The notes beneath the pieces were generated by a model. That model was given only the letters and a program-made list of their open reading frames with translations. It was not told the DNA's origin and did not search any database. Both the position numbers and the translations under genes were made by a program. A DNA stretch of 64,000 nucleotides from Bdellovibrionaceae bacterium UBA3535. GTDB lineage: Bacteria > Bdellovibrionota > Bdellovibrionia > Bdellovibrionales > UBA840. Shown here piece after piece: positions 26,431-36,923 of this stretch. The stretch spans positions 66,327 through 130,326 of the forward strand of contig DFOS01000026.1 in the NCBI GenBank assembly GCA_002376845.1. Direction: 5' to 3'. Position 1 is the stretch's first letter. Each line of letters begins with the position of its first letter.

Positions 26431-27588
26431 CTAATATTTTTTGGCCGCCACCTTTGTAGACAAAATCTCCATCACATCTTCTTCACTCACGGCATGCTCT
26501 TCATCGTCGATATTTACAACGTATAGCAAACCATGAAGTTTTGTTTCATTCTCATACTTTGGTTCTAAACCACTAGCTAGCATCAAAGTATCTAGCAGCC
26601 TTCTTTGATCCTTGTATTTTTGATCCCCGTACTTTCCTTCACGCGTGGCCACACAGCCGCGCGTTGCTACAAAAGGATGGTGCTTTGAAAAAGGGTTCCA
26701 GTTTTTTTGCCCGGTACCGTGGATACGCAAATAGGCCCGTCCAATATCCCTAGCCACTACGGCCTCCTGCCACCAAGTATGATCATGACTACTCTCGGGC
26801 AAAACCATGCTTTCCGTATTTTTAGGTACAAAATTCAATATCAAACGGCGATAGTCACCAAAACGAAAGTTTTTATCCGCATAGGGCATGACTCCATCAA
26901 TAGTATGCACACCCGCTGGAGTGTGACCATCTGTTTTGTAAGAAGGTCTACCTTTTTTAGAAAGACCTAGGCTTGGCATGGTCCACAAACTGCCATCTTC
27001 TCGACTATAAAAATTGCCCCACTTATCTTTTAACAAGAATAAACAAGGATATTTGCGGTTTTGTCGACATAGCATAAATAGACGAATGCCCTCTTTGTAT
27101 TTACCGCCCTGAAATTCATCTGCGCTTGGCGTGTGAAAGACTAAATCCTTTAAGGTTCCCATGTCCGGCATTTGGGAGCCATACACAGTAGCTCGGCATT
27201 CCGTGGACAAATACAAACAAGCGGTAAGCTCATCTCGCTCGCTTTGTAGAGCTAGGTCAAACCTATCCGGAAGCTTATTGTATGCATTGTCCTGAAGATA
27301 GTACTGCAGTCGAATAATGTCTGCGGAAGCAATCTTGTCATGGGGTAGGCTCTGCCATAATTTATCAATATCGGCTTGCTGCATATACTGTTTGTCTATT
27401 AATTCGATCCAAGCATCTATCAAGATTTTGTAATCACATAGACTTGCTGTCCACTTGTGGCAGACACTGGGAACTTTCATGTTTTTTAAGGACTGTTGAT
27501 AGGCTAGAAAAGTTTTTTCCTTGTCGTAGTTTGTTAGAGCATATGAGTTAATTGGCAAAATAATGATGAAAAATAAGAAATAACGCAT
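26431..27588 (-). CDS. Secreted protein with degenerate L,D-transpeptidase-like C-terminal region
   Basis: Signal peptide 'MRYFLFFIIILPINSYA'. 'LRIHGTGQKNW...FVATRGCVATRE' resembles the YkuD H-G...G-C motif but lacks the canonical GC[IV]R. Confidence 0.4.
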   Translation of the reverse strand: MRYFLFFIIILPINSYALTNYDKEKTFLAYQQSLKNMKVPSVCHKWTASLCDYKILIDAWIELIDKQYMQQADIDKLWQSLPHDKIASADIIRLQYYLQDNAYNKLPDRFDLALQSERDELTACLYLSTECRATVYGSQMPDMGTLKDLVFHTPSADEFQGGKYKEGIRLFMLCRQNRKYPCLFLLKDKWGNFYSREDGSLWTMPSLGLSKKGRPSYKTDGHTPAGVHTIDGVMPYADKNFRFGDYRRLILNFVPKNTESMVLPESSHDHTWWQEAVVARDIGRAYLRIHGTGQKNWNPFSKHHPFVATRGCVATREGKYGDQKYKDQRRLLDTLMLASGLEPKYENETKLHGLLYVVNIDDEEHAVSEEDVMEILSTKVAAKKY

Positions 27589-27712
27589 GCTGATTCCTTC
27601 CTTGCAACCAAGATGTATGCGTTTAGTTTACATGAGTGCGCGTAAAAGCAATTCCCTTGTCTATGATTTTGGTTCAATGTCGATACAAATCTCGACCAAA
27701 GCACAATATAAT

Positions 27713-30700
27713 CTAGACATTTCTTCGATACTGTCCCCCAACCTCATAAAGAGCATTGGACATTTGCCCTAAGGTTAATGAGCGGGAAACCTGAATAAGG
27801 GCAGCAAAAATATTCTCTCCTCGCAGAGCCACCGCTTTTAAATACTCCAAATCCTTTTCTGCCTGCTTGGCGTGTTCTTGTTGGTATGTAATGCGATTAT
27901 TTAATTGCTGCTGCTTTTCCTCTGGTGCGGCTCGGGCCAATTCAATTTGTGGTGGTTGATAGCCCTCTTCCATAGTTTGGGGATTTTGATAGGTATTGAC
28001 GCCAATAATAGGCAGCTCACCTGAGTGTTTCAGATGCTCGTAGTACATAGACTCATCTTGTATTTTGGATCTTTGGTACTGCGTCTCCATAGCACCTAGT
28101 ACGCCGCCACGCTCATGCAAACGACCAAACTCTTTTAAAACTGCTTCCTCAACTAGATCGGTAAGCTCCTCGACAATATAGGAACCTTGTAAATTGTTTT
28201 CACATTTAGACAAACCGAACTCTTTGCTTATGATCATCTGAATGGCCATGGCACGCCGAACGGACTCTTCTGTAGGTGTAGTAATTGCCTCATCATAGGC
28301 GTTGGTATGCAGAGAATTGCAATTGTCATTCAGCGCCAGCAAAGCCTGCAAGGTAGTTCGAATGTCATTAAAATCAATCTCTTGTGCATGCAAAGAACGT
28401 CCTGATGTTTGGATGTGGTACTTTAACTTCTGTGAACGCTCGCCGGCTCCATATAAATCGCGCATGGCAATGGCCCATATTCTTCGCGCTACCCGTCCTA
28501 TAACGGAGTATTCAGGGTCTAAACCGTTAGAAAAGAAAAAAGATAGGTTCGGTGCAATTTGGTCTATATTGAGGCCTCGTGACAAATAATATTCTACATA
28601 AGTGAAACCGTTTGCTAGCGTAAATGCCAATTGTGTAATGGGATTCGCCCCAGCCTCAGCGATATGATAACCCGATATACTTACGGAATAAAAATTCCGC
28701 ACCTTGTTTGCCACAAAAAACTCTTGAATATCGCCCATCATTTTTAAGGCAAAATCTAAGGAAAAAATACAGGTGTTTTGCGCTTGGTCTTCTTTTAAGA
28801 TATCCGCCTGTACGGTTCCGCGCACATTTTGCAAGGCATAAGCCCTAGCTTCTTGCACTTCCTCTTCCGTCAAATCTCTACCAAGTTCTTTTTGTTTTTT
28901 CTCAATAACCTGATCCATAGCTGTATTAAAAAAGTAAGCCAAAATCATCGGTGCCGGGCCATTGATGGTCATGCTCACACTCGTAGTAGGAGAAGTAAGA
29001 TCAAAGCCTGCATAGAGCTTTTTCATATCGTTTAAAGAGCAAATGCTAACTCCAGATTCTCCTACCTTGCCGTAAATATCTGGACGCTCATCAGGGTCCT
29101 CCCCGTATAAAGTCACAGAATCAAAAGCTGTCGATAAACGCTTTGCCTCATCATTTTTAGACAAGTAATGAAAGCGTCGGTTTGTTTTCTCTGGGGAACC
29201 TTCCCCTGCAAACTGACGCTTCGGATCTTCTCCCGCTCGTTTTAATGGAAAAACACCCGCAGTAAATGGAAAGCGCCCCGGCACATTCTCCAATCGCAAA
29301 TAACGAAAACGGTCGCCCCAATCACTTAGCTTTGGAATGGCGACCTTTTTAATCTTATTACCACTTAAAGATTCTGTCACAAGATCTTGCTCAATGGTTT
29401 TATCGCGCACCTGATAGGAGAATTTATCTTGTGAATAAATTTTTTGAATTTCCTCGTAGGTATCCAACAAGTTTTGGTCCTCCGAGGTAATTTCACTAGC
29501 ATACTTTTTCTTTACATCTGTAAGATCTAAGCCCTCAGACTCTAAGTTATTTGCAGCACCAAGCTTTGAGAATGCAATAGATTTTTTGTCCGTAATTTGC
29601 TTATACTTACTTACCGTCTGCGAAATCTCCATAAGATAGTGAGCTCGATCACTGGGAATAATGATTTGCTGCGCATGATCTACCATATTATCAACAAAGC
29701 TTTGCGGGACTTCAAAATGCCCACCAGCAAATTCTTTTAACTTTTGATTCATTCCCAAGAACAAACGGTTAACACCAGCATCATTGAATTTTGAAGCCTG
29801 ACAAAGGTACACTGGCAAGTCCTCATCCTTTGCCTGAAAGGCCTTGTGCGAACGTTTGTACTGCTTGCGCACATCATGAAGGGCATCCAAGGAGCCGCGA
29901 CGATCTGACTTATTGATTACCAACAAGTCTGCATAATCAATCATATCAATTTTTTCCAATTGTGATTGCGCACCAAAATCAGAAGTCATCACATACATGG
30001 AGATATCGGAAACACTGGTAATGTTCGAGGCTGCCTGGCCAATCCCAGAGGTTTCCGCAATTAAATACGAGAAGCCCATATTTTTTAACTGACCAATCAC
30101 ATCGGGTAAAGCGGCGGCCATCTCGTTACCTGAGCCACGTGAAGCCATGGAGCGCATAAAGATGCCTTTGCGAGACAAAGAGTTCATCCGAATGCGATCT
30201 CCAAGAAGTCCTCCCCCACTTTTGCGCTTGGAGGGGTCCACACAAACCACAGCAACAGCATCCTCTGGAAATGCATTTTTATTTCGGTGTAAAAGTTCAT
30301 CAATCAAGCTGGACTTACCTGCACCGCCGGTGCCAGTAATACCAAGTACTGGCACTTTATGACCTACCTTCGCGATGGCCTCCACCTTTTCGTCTAAAGA
30401 CTCTCCCAACTCCGTTGCAGTAAGTGCCAAGCCAATTTTTCGCGATTGATCCAACCAAGGGTCATAGTACTTATGCTGACGGTCTGGCGCTTGCTTTTTT
30501 GCCGCCTGCAAGACGTTATAATCAGCTCCTCGAACCACCATTTCAATCATACCCTCTAGACCAAGCTTTGCGCCATCGTCTGGGTGAAAGATTTGGCTAA
30601 TTCCATAATCCTCCAACTCGCGCTTTTCCTCATGGATAATGACGCCGCCGCCGCCGCCATAAAGCTTTACATAATCGGCACCATGAACTTTTAAAAGATC

Positions 30701-30943
30701 GTAGGCATATTTAAAAAACTCCATATGCCCACCCTGATAGGAGGAAATACAAATAGCTTGTGCCGATTCCTGCAAAGCCGTTAAAACAATATCGTATACC
30801 GAGCGATTGTGCCCAAGATGAATCACCTCCGCACCAAAATCTTGCAAAATTCTGCGCATGATATTGATACTCGCATCATGACCGTCAAATAAAGAGGCCG
30901 CCGTTACTATGCGAATCGGATTTTGGGGTTTGTAGCTATTCAT
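27713..30943 (-). CDS. icmF: Fused isobutyryl-CoA mutase (B12-binding domain + MeaB-type GTPase + mutase catalytic domain)
   Basis: 1076 aa. N-terminal B12 domain 'IRIVTAASLFDGHDASINIMRRIL', P-loop 'GITGTGGAGKSSL', NKxD 'INKSD', and a long C-terminal acyl-CoA mutase domain. Confidence 0.9.
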   Translation of the reverse strand: MNSYKPQNPIRIVTAASLFDGHDASINIMRRILQDFGAEVIHLGHNRSVYDIVLTALQESAQAICISSYQGGHMEFFKYAYDLLKVHGADYVKLYGGGGGVIIHEEKRELEDYGISQIFHPDDGAKLGLEGMIEMVVRGADYNVLQAAKKQAPDRQHKYYDPWLDQSRKIGLALTATELGESLDEKVEAIAKVGHKVPVLGITGTGGAGKSSLIDELLHRNKNAFPEDAVAVVCVDPSKRKSGGGLLGDRIRMNSLSRKGIFMRSMASRGSGNEMAAALPDVIGQLKNMGFSYLIAETSGIGQAASNITSVSDISMYVMTSDFGAQSQLEKIDMIDYADLLVINKSDRRGSLDALHDVRKQYKRSHKAFQAKDEDLPVYLCQASKFNDAGVNRLFLGMNQKLKEFAGGHFEVPQSFVDNMVDHAQQIIIPSDRAHYLMEISQTVSKYKQITDKKSIAFSKLGAANNLESEGLDLTDVKKKYASEITSEDQNLLDTYEEIQKIYSQDKFSYQVRDKTIEQDLVTESLSGNKIKKVAIPKLSDWGDRFRYLRLENVPGRFPFTAGVFPLKRAGEDPKRQFAGEGSPEKTNRRFHYLSKNDEAKRLSTAFDSVTLYGEDPDERPDIYGKVGESGVSICSLNDMKKLYAGFDLTSPTTSVSMTINGPAPMILAYFFNTAMDQVIEKKQKELGRDLTEEEVQEARAYALQNVRGTVQADILKEDQAQNTCIFSLDFALKMMGDIQEFFVANKVRNFYSVSISGYHIAEAGANPITQLAFTLANGFTYVEYYLSRGLNIDQIAPNLSFFFSNGLDPEYSVIGRVARRIWAIAMRDLYGAGERSQKLKYHIQTSGRSLHAQEIDFNDIRTTLQALLALNDNCNSLHTNAYDEAITTPTEESVRRAMAIQMIISKEFGLSKCENNLQGSYIVEELTDLVEEAVLKEFGRLHERGGVLGAMETQYQRSKIQDESMYYEHLKHSGELPIIGVNTYQNPQTMEEGYQPPQIELARAAPEEKQQQLNNRITYQQEHAKQAEKDLEYLKAVALRGENIFAALIQVSRSLTLGQMSNALYEVGGQYRRNV

Positions 30944-31717
30944 TTATTCTCCAAGAAATTCAGGTTTTTGTTTTTGCAAAAACGCTTCCACACCGATCTT
31001 CATATCCTGTGAGCGAAAGAGCTCGCCAAAAAGCGTGCGCTCCAAATGCATGCCAGAATCTATGCTAATATCATAACCTTGGTTGATGGAGCCCTTGGCT
31101 GCACCAATGGCAATGGGAGCAAGTTTGGCAATTTTCTGAGCGCTTTCCCTTGCACTTGCCATAAGCTGCTCAGCACCACAGACTTGGTTAACAAGCCCGT
31201 ATTCTAAAGCTTGTGTGGCATCAATTTTGGCAGCCGTATAAGTCATTTCTTTTGCCCGCGCTATGCCAACGTATTTTGCCAAACGAACGGTGCCGCCAAA
31301 GCCGGGCATCAAACCCAAACTTACTTCTGGCAAACCAAAAAGCGCCTTTTCTGAAGCATAAATAAAATCGCATGCCATGGCGAGCTCCAGACCTCCACCC
31401 AAAGCAAAACCATTGACGGCAGCAATCACGGGATAGGAAGTGGTTTCCAAACGTCTAAAAACTTTTTGTCCTAGCTCCGCAAATGCCTGTGCTTCACTAC
31501 TAGAAAGCGCTTGCATTTCTTTGATATCCGCCCCAGCGACAAAGGCTTTGCCTTTGCCCGTAAGAATGAGGCAACGTAGATCCTTTTGTTTCTCGAGCTC
31601 ATCCAGCGCCTGATTCAGCTCATTTAAAACTTGCCGATTCAAAGCATTCAAAGAGGCTTCCTTATCAATTGTTATTTGGGCAATTTTGTTTTCAACGTCT
31701 ATTTTGATAAAATCCAT
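30944..31717 (-). CDS. Enoyl-CoA hydratase (crotonase family)
   Basis: 257 aa. 'KAFVAGADIKEM' and 'AAVNGFALGGGLELAMACDF'. The stop abuts the icmF ATG. Confidence 0.9.
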   Translation of the reverse strand: MDFIKIDVENKIAQITIDKEASLNALNRQVLNELNQALDELEKQKDLRCLILTGKGKAFVAGADIKEMQALSSSEAQAFAELGQKVFRRLETTSYPVIAAVNGFALGGGLELAMACDFIYASEKALFGLPEVSLGLMPGFGGTVRLAKYVGIARAKEMTYTAAKIDATQALEYGLVNQVCGAEQLMASARESAQKIAKLAPIAIGAAKGSINQGYDISIDSGMHLERTLFGELFRSQDMKIGVEAFLQKQKPEFLGE

Positions 31718-31732
31718 TTTTATATCCCTTCT

Positions 31733-32587
31733 TTACGAATCGTAAGAATAAAATCCTTTGCCAGTTTTTCTTCCTAGCCAGCCGGCTTCTACATACTTAA
31801 CTAGTAGTGGACATGGTCGATATTTGCTATCCCCCAATCCTTCATGCAGAACCTGCATAATCGCCAAACAAGTATCCAAACCGATAAAATCCGCTAGGGT
31901 CAATGGACCCATGGGTTGGTTGGTACCCAGTTTCATAGCTTGGTCAATCCCCTCCACATCGGCAACTCCCTCATATAGTGCATAAACAGCTTCGTTGATC
32001 ATCGGCATTAAGATGCGATTAACAATAAAGCCGGGCATATCACGTCCCTCAATAAAAACTTTACCCATCTTTTCTGCCACAGTTTTTACGGCAGTAAAAG
32101 TTGCATCTGAGGTTTGCAAACCGCGAATTCCTTCCACTAGTTGCATTAGCGGAACGGGATTCATAAAGTGCATGCCCGCAACTTGCTCGGCTCGCTGAGT
32201 TACTCCCGCAATTTTGGTAATGGAAATGGAGGAAGTGTTGGAACAAAGCAAGGCATCGGCTTTACAAATTTCATCTAGATTGCGAAATATTTCCAGTTTT
32301 ATATTTAGATCCTCAGTGGCGGCTTCAACAGCCAAATCCACATTTTTAAAATCATGTAGATCTGTAGTTGTTTGAATTCTATCGAGGATGGCTTGCTTGC
32401 CCTTTTCATCTAACTTTTCTTTTTTAATTAAGCGATCACATGATTTGGTAATTGTAGCCATACCTTTATCAAGGGCTTCCTTGTTGATATCGTACAAGTA
32501 CACATCGTAGGAACTTGCGGCGGCAACCTGTGCGATTCCATTGCCCATTTGTCCTGCACCAATAACTCCCAGTGTTTTCACTGTCAT
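31733..32587 (-). CDS. hbd: 3-hydroxybutyryl-CoA dehydrogenase
   Basis: 284 aa. '[16 protein letters not shown]', 'SNTSSISIT', '[13 protein letters not shown]'. Confidence 0.85.
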   Translation of the reverse strand: MTVKTLGVIGAGQMGNGIAQVAAASSYDVYLYDINKEALDKGMATITKSCDRLIKKEKLDEKGKQAILDRIQTTTDLHDFKNVDLAVEAATEDLNIKLEIFRNLDEICKADALLCSNTSSISITKIAGVTQRAEQVAGMHFMNPVPLMQLVEGIRGLQTSDATFTAVKTVAEKMGKVFIEGRDMPGFIVNRILMPMINEAVYALYEGVADVEGIDQAMKLGTNQPMGPLTLADFIGLDTCLAIMQVLHEGLGDSKYRPCPLLVKYVEAGWLGRKTGKGFYSYDS

Positions 32588-32735
32588 AGCGTCCTCCTCG
32601 ACGAAAATATAGTCATTATCTATAGTACAGATTGGATTTGCTGGAAACCTGTTTTTAGCTAGCGAACTAAGTACCTAGCCCTTGCCTAGAAACTAGTCTT
32701 GTCGAGAGCCTACATTCACGAAAAAATAGAAAGAT

Positions 32736-33944
32736 ATGGGTCTAATATTCTGCATCGTGGTAAAACTTTTCCCCCTACATGCCGCTTACTTTTATAAAGC
32801 TATCGATTCCCAGTACCCATCGGGCTATATGGACAGTGAAGCTTTGCAGAAAAAAACCAATCAACAAAAAATCAAACGAACTTTTGTGATTCAAAAAAAG
32901 GACCAATCTGTACTACAAGTAAAGGAAGAGGATATATATTTTAAATCCCATTTTTTTACACATGCTAAGAGTTTGGATTTTACTTTCACTCATGAGCAGC
33001 CAAACTTTACCGCTAGTCGCAGCCCACTTGAGGTAGGGGATTATAAAATCTGTGAACAAAACGGAGCTTGGTTAAGGCTATGTGGTAAGGGTTGGCTTCA
33101 CCGCAGTGTAAGAATTGAGTTCCACAACCCCAACTCTCTTGGCTACGCTTTCTGTAAAAAAGAATGCCGCATCTACTTAGAGCCAAATATTATGCGGCCC
33201 GTAAGTAGTCTTGCGGCCAGAACTCGCTTTATTATAAATAAGGCGAATAAAAACTTTTACCAAGTTCAATGGAAAGGCAAAAAACATTTTGTATATGCCG
33301 GAGATGTTCTTGTTTCTAAAGACCTTAAGCAAGAGCAAGCCTTGTATTTTTATAAAAATAACAAGTTAGAGGAAAAGCAAGCCATAGCAGTAGAAAAGGT
33401 GGCCATCCTGGAACAAAAAGAGCAGCATTGGCTACGCTCTTATATACGTGGACATGGTAATGTTTGGTGGAAAGCCAGCAAACAAACGCCTAAATCTCAG
33501 ACCATTATTACTACAGCCGAACTATTGAAAAATAAAATTTTTGATATAGCAAAATCCAAATCAAGCAAGCTACAGATCGCCTCTGCTGGCGGTATTTATC
33601 GCAGCTTTGATGGGGAAAATTGGCAAAAAATCGATCTTTTTGGCCAGCAAGATTACCCTGTAGATATCGATCAAAATGGAGACATTTATATTGGGGAATA
33701 TCGCAGCCAAGACAATGGCAATCATTTTCATAAGTTTGTACGCTGGCCCGATATCATCCACGCTGTTCCTGATTTAAAAAATAAAAAGCTTGTTATCCAG
33801 GATATCTTTTTGGCTCCACAAAAAGTACATTTTCAGGTCTTAGCAAACCAGCAAGTTTACGGCTTGGCAAAAGATAAGAAAACCTACAGATGGCAAGCTA
33901 TGCATTTTCCTGACAAGATTGATTTAGTTCGTTACGGTCTCTAA
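32736..33944 (+). CDS. Hypothetical protein (start uncertain)
   Basis: 402-aa ORF with a weakly signal-like N-terminus. The C-terminal 'GGIYRSFDGENWQKI' and 'YRSQDNGNHF' are loosely BNR/propeller-like. No confident family. Confidence 0.4.
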   Translation: MGLIFCIVVKLFPLHAAYFYKAIDSQYPSGYMDSEALQKKTNQQKIKRTFVIQKKDQSVLQVKEEDIYFKSHFFTHAKSLDFTFTHEQPNFTASRSPLEVGDYKICEQNGAWLRLCGKGWLHRSVRIEFHNPNSLGYAFCKKECRIYLEPNIMRPVSSLAARTRFIINKANKNFYQVQWKGKKHFVYAGDVLVSKDLKQEQALYFYKNNKLEEKQAIAVEKVAILEQKEQHWLRSYIRGHGNVWWKASKQTPKSQTIITTAELLKNKIFDIAKSKSSKLQIASAGGIYRSFDGENWQKIDLFGQQDYPVDIDQNGDIYIGEYRSQDNGNHFHKFVRWPDIIHAVPDLKNKKLVIQDIFLAPQKVHFQVLANQQVYGLAKDKKTYRWQAMHFPDKIDLVRYGL

Positions 33945-34901
33945 CCATTCTTTTAAACTAAGCCTTCTTGTCCATAAAGTTTTAGAGTTTCGCGAGTCAA
34001 TAAGATCCGGAACAATGGCATAGGCCGGCATCCCTCGAAGTGAGCCCCACTCTAAATTTTCCTGAATGCCCAGTTTGAGATCTTCCTTAGACTCTCGCAC
34101 TGCCAGCAAAGTTAAAGATGCTAAACGCGGATTTCTAGCATGTTTCCATATAAAATGTTTGGCAACATGGGAGGGAATAATGCCCAAACGATCCCGCACA
34201 GCTCGAATCTCTGCCGCCTTCGGATAATGCTCTAGCCACTTTTCAGAAAAAACAGAACTGCAAGCACCTGCGCAAGATTCTTCCGTTAAGGTGGCTTTTC
34301 TTGGGTGAAATTTTGGCCAAATCACCTCGCCCTCTTTTGGACCACGCCGAACATTTTTTAGCGCAACGATGCCTTCCGCTCGATCTTCAAAAAACTTCTG
34401 CAAGACACGTAATTCTTTTTTACTAACCAAAAAAGTAGCCTCTGTATAGCCCTCGTAGTAAGTATCAAATAGGGCTTCTTTTGCCGATACGGGCGGGTCT
34501 CCTTTTTGTATTTGGTCATAATAATACATCTTGTTGCCAAGACGAAGATAAGAAGTTTTGGGATTGTTCTCGGGCAAGCCATGCATCCCTAAACCGATGG
34601 ATTTTTCACCAATTGCTCGCATCCAGGCGTTTGCTTTTTGGGATCTAACTGCCACCACCGGCATCTCCCCTCGCCGAGGAAATGGGCCCTGATACTTTTT
34701 ATTTCTAACATGCCATTGGCTAATATAGGCATCTAGCCCCAAACGCGAAACTCGCTTCAAATAAGCCAGTCTTTCTTGCCACACATTTTCATCTCGCTGA
34801 CGTTCTTTAAATATATCTCGGCAAAAGGCGGAAGCATGCAAAGATCCCGCAGCAAAAATAAAAGTAAGAAAAATAAGGGTTTTTAAAATAACGCGCGACA
34901 C
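33924..34901 (-). CDS. Secreted protein of unknown function
   Basis: 325 aa, signal peptide 'LIFLTFIFAAGSLHA'. The start overlaps the end of the upstream 643-aa gene by 19 nt. Confidence 0.55.
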   Translation of the reverse strand: MSRVILKTLIFLTFIFAAGSLHASAFCRDIFKERQRDENVWQERLAYLKRVSRLGLDAYISQWHVRNKKYQGPFPRRGEMPVVAVRSQKANAWMRAIGEKSIGLGMHGLPENNPKTSYLRLGNKMYYYDQIQKGDPPVSAKEALFDTYYEGYTEATFLVSKKELRVLQKFFEDRAEGIVALKNVRRGPKEGEVIWPKFHPRKATLTEESCAGACSSVFSEKWLEHYPKAAEIRAVRDRLGIIPSHVAKHFIWKHARNPRLASLTLLAVRESKEDLKLGIQENLEWGSLRGMPAYAIVPDLIDSRNSKTLWTRRLSLKEWLETVTN

Positions 34902-36814
34902 ACGCCTCCTTTAGTCTTTAAAGGCTGGGACGACAAGTTTTTTATTCTTTCCATAAAAGACTTATACTCTTTTGATCCCACTGCCTCTAAGACGGCAAAG
35001 CCAATGGTTGGATCTTTCGGGCCATGCTCATAGGCGCTTCTCGCCTCAATAAAAATAGCACCATCTGGTGCTTGGTGATAAACATAGTAAGTGGACTGTC
35101 CAATGCTGCGGCGTAGGGCTGAGCGCCGCTCTTGCTTTTCTAGACGCGCCCACTCTTTGGCAAGCAAGTCTTGCAAACTTTTGTGCTGCCTTTGTTTTTC
35201 TTCGACACTTTGGCTTAAAAGGCTACGGTAATGCATCAAAATTCGACTCAAACCTTTGTCTTTGCCATAGCCAAATTCTGACTCACGAATGGAAATGTCG
35301 GTGATACGCTCCGCCTCTTGCATGGCTATTTGATCAAAGACTTTCTGAATCCGATCTTTGTTCCATCTACTACGGGGCTCCAATTCTTTTAGTACACGCA
35401 ACATATAGGCTGACAAGGTTTCAAAACCATTCACATTACGAATCAATTTATAGTACCAAGCTCCTAGAAAGGGAATGCCATCACCGCCCTTGCCTATGGT
35501 ATTGCTATACTTTCCCCATACAAATGGCTTATCAAATTTAGCAAAATCATTCAGATTGCGCCCCTGCCTCAGTGCCAACTCTGTATCAAAGCGAAAACCA
35601 TCATTGTCTTTTAACAGAAGGCGGCCACTGGGCACCCAAGCCTTTCCTTGCTTTTTTAATTCAAAATAAAAATTTTGTGTGTGTAGCTCACCAGGCAAAC
35701 CTTCCAACATTCCTAATTGTAAATACGCGCGCAGCAAGGGGCGAATGATGTGCTCGGCAACGAAATCCTTTGCGCGCATATCCATGGCCTCTGACAGATC
35801 GCGAACATTCATTCCCTCGATGGCATAATCCCCTGTGTTTTGCAAAATGAATGCGGGGATCCATCGTTTTGTTGAAGAGGGTCTTAAAAACTCCGCCGGA
35901 ATCTCCCGATGAATGGTAGAGGAAATCATCCCCTTTGGTGTAAAAGCTGCTGGCTCAGCCATAAATGCCAATTGATACGTTTTCCATATCTTTTTTGGAA
36001 TTTGCATCAAGGCCTCGCTCATCATAATGGCTCGATGCGCTTTTTTTTCAGAATTGATTCTGACAGACCCCTCAATCTTACGATGCAAACTTACTTTTAC
36101 CCAATGGGGGCGTTTGGTATTATTGGGATCTACCAATATCAGTGAGCGAGGTGAAGAAGTGGTCATCGCATGGTAGTGATAAACAATGCCGTGTTTTTGA
36201 ATCAATTTCTCATAGGCCTTGACATAATTGGGATGAATAAAAAAACGTATATAATTCTCCCCCTTATGACGAAACCTTAATAGCTTTTTGGTCTCTTTAT
36301 TCGCGTATTCGGAGATGTGGCTAAAACCCAGTTCTTTTTCTGGTATGGGAATATAAGGCAACTCAAAGCTAGTAAATTCGCCTGGCGCAAACTTACCCAA
36401 AGATCTGAGGTCTGCATTTTCTTGCGCATGTCGATTGGCCGCTTTTTCTAAAAACAAGACATCACTCAAAGCCTTAGGTAGATCCAAAAAGAAATGCGCA
36501 GAATCTTTAATATCTGATGCAACAATCGTGTCTTGCGCCGACTTTGCCGCAGACAAAACATTGTGCGAGCCAATTTTTTTGGTAATTTTAGGTTCTGACT
36601 TTTGTACAAAGTAATTCGGGCTGCGCAACTTCTCCGGCGGCTCCTGCATAGCTATGGGCAAAAGCCAACGCTGCCCAGCTCTATCCACCACAAGGTGCAT
36701 TCCATCTGGCACCTCCACGCTTCCATTTTTAGCAACGATGCGTGGCTCAAAAGACTCGGCATGAAGCCCTAATGCGTATAGTACTAGCCATAACGCCAAC
36801 AACGAACGCCACAT
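34883..36814 (-). CDS. Secreted protein with motifs of an ATP-dependent enzyme fold (kinase-like or IucA/IucC-like; unresolved)
   Basis: 643 aa, signal peptide 'MWRSLLALWLVLYALGLHA'. 'PGELHTQNFYF...LLLKDNDGFRFD' resembles both HGDLHxxN...D(F)G of APH/kinase-like folds and the HxQN...RD of NIS synthetases. Confidence 0.5.
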   Translation of the reverse strand: MWRSLLALWLVLYALGLHAESFEPRIVAKNGSVEVPDGMHLVVDRAGQRWLLPIAMQEPPEKLRSPNYFVQKSEPKITKKIGSHNVLSAAKSAQDTIVASDIKDSAHFFLDLPKALSDVLFLEKAANRHAQENADLRSLGKFAPGEFTSFELPYIPIPEKELGFSHISEYANKETKKLLRFRHKGENYIRFFIHPNYVKAYEKLIQKHGIVYHYHAMTTSSPRSLILVDPNNTKRPHWVKVSLHRKIEGSVRINSEKKAHRAIMMSEALMQIPKKIWKTYQLAFMAEPAAFTPKGMISSTIHREIPAEFLRPSSTKRWIPAFILQNTGDYAIEGMNVRDLSEAMDMRAKDFVAEHIIRPLLRAYLQLGMLEGLPGELHTQNFYFELKKQGKAWVPSGRLLLKDNDGFRFDTELALRQGRNLNDFAKFDKPFVWGKYSNTIGKGGDGIPFLGAWYYKLIRNVNGFETLSAYMLRVLKELEPRSRWNKDRIQKVFDQIAMQEAERITDISIRESEFGYGKDKGLSRILMHYRSLLSQSVEEKQRQHKSLQDLLAKEWARLEKQERRSALRRSIGQSTYYVYHQAPDGAIFIEARSAYEHGPKDPTIGFAVLEAVGSKEYKSFMERIKNLSSQPLKTKGGVCRALF

Positions 36815-36923
36815 AATCCCCCCTCGAGGGGAAGACTAATACTCGACGAATCAGCTCGCAATTTTTAGAGGAGGCTTAGAAATCTTTCGGTGATGGTGGC
36901 ATTTTGCACCTTATTAAAAGGTA

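Noticed and set aside
27589-27712. 'CTCGACCAAAGCAC' on the + strand, which resembles the GACCAAAG block of the two sigma-28 sites.
   Set aside because: It is in the wrong orientation for the flanking minus-strand genes. It lacks the CCGATAA -10 element.
36826-36840. A perfect 12-bp palindrome CCCCTCGAGGGG, preceded by extra C residues, lying between the RelA/SpoT-like gene and the 643-aa gene.
   Set aside because: No T-tract follows on the relevant strand, so it is not a convincing intrinsic terminator. Its G-run doubles as the likely SD of the 643-aa gene. Sequestration of the SD by this hairpin is possible but unsupported.
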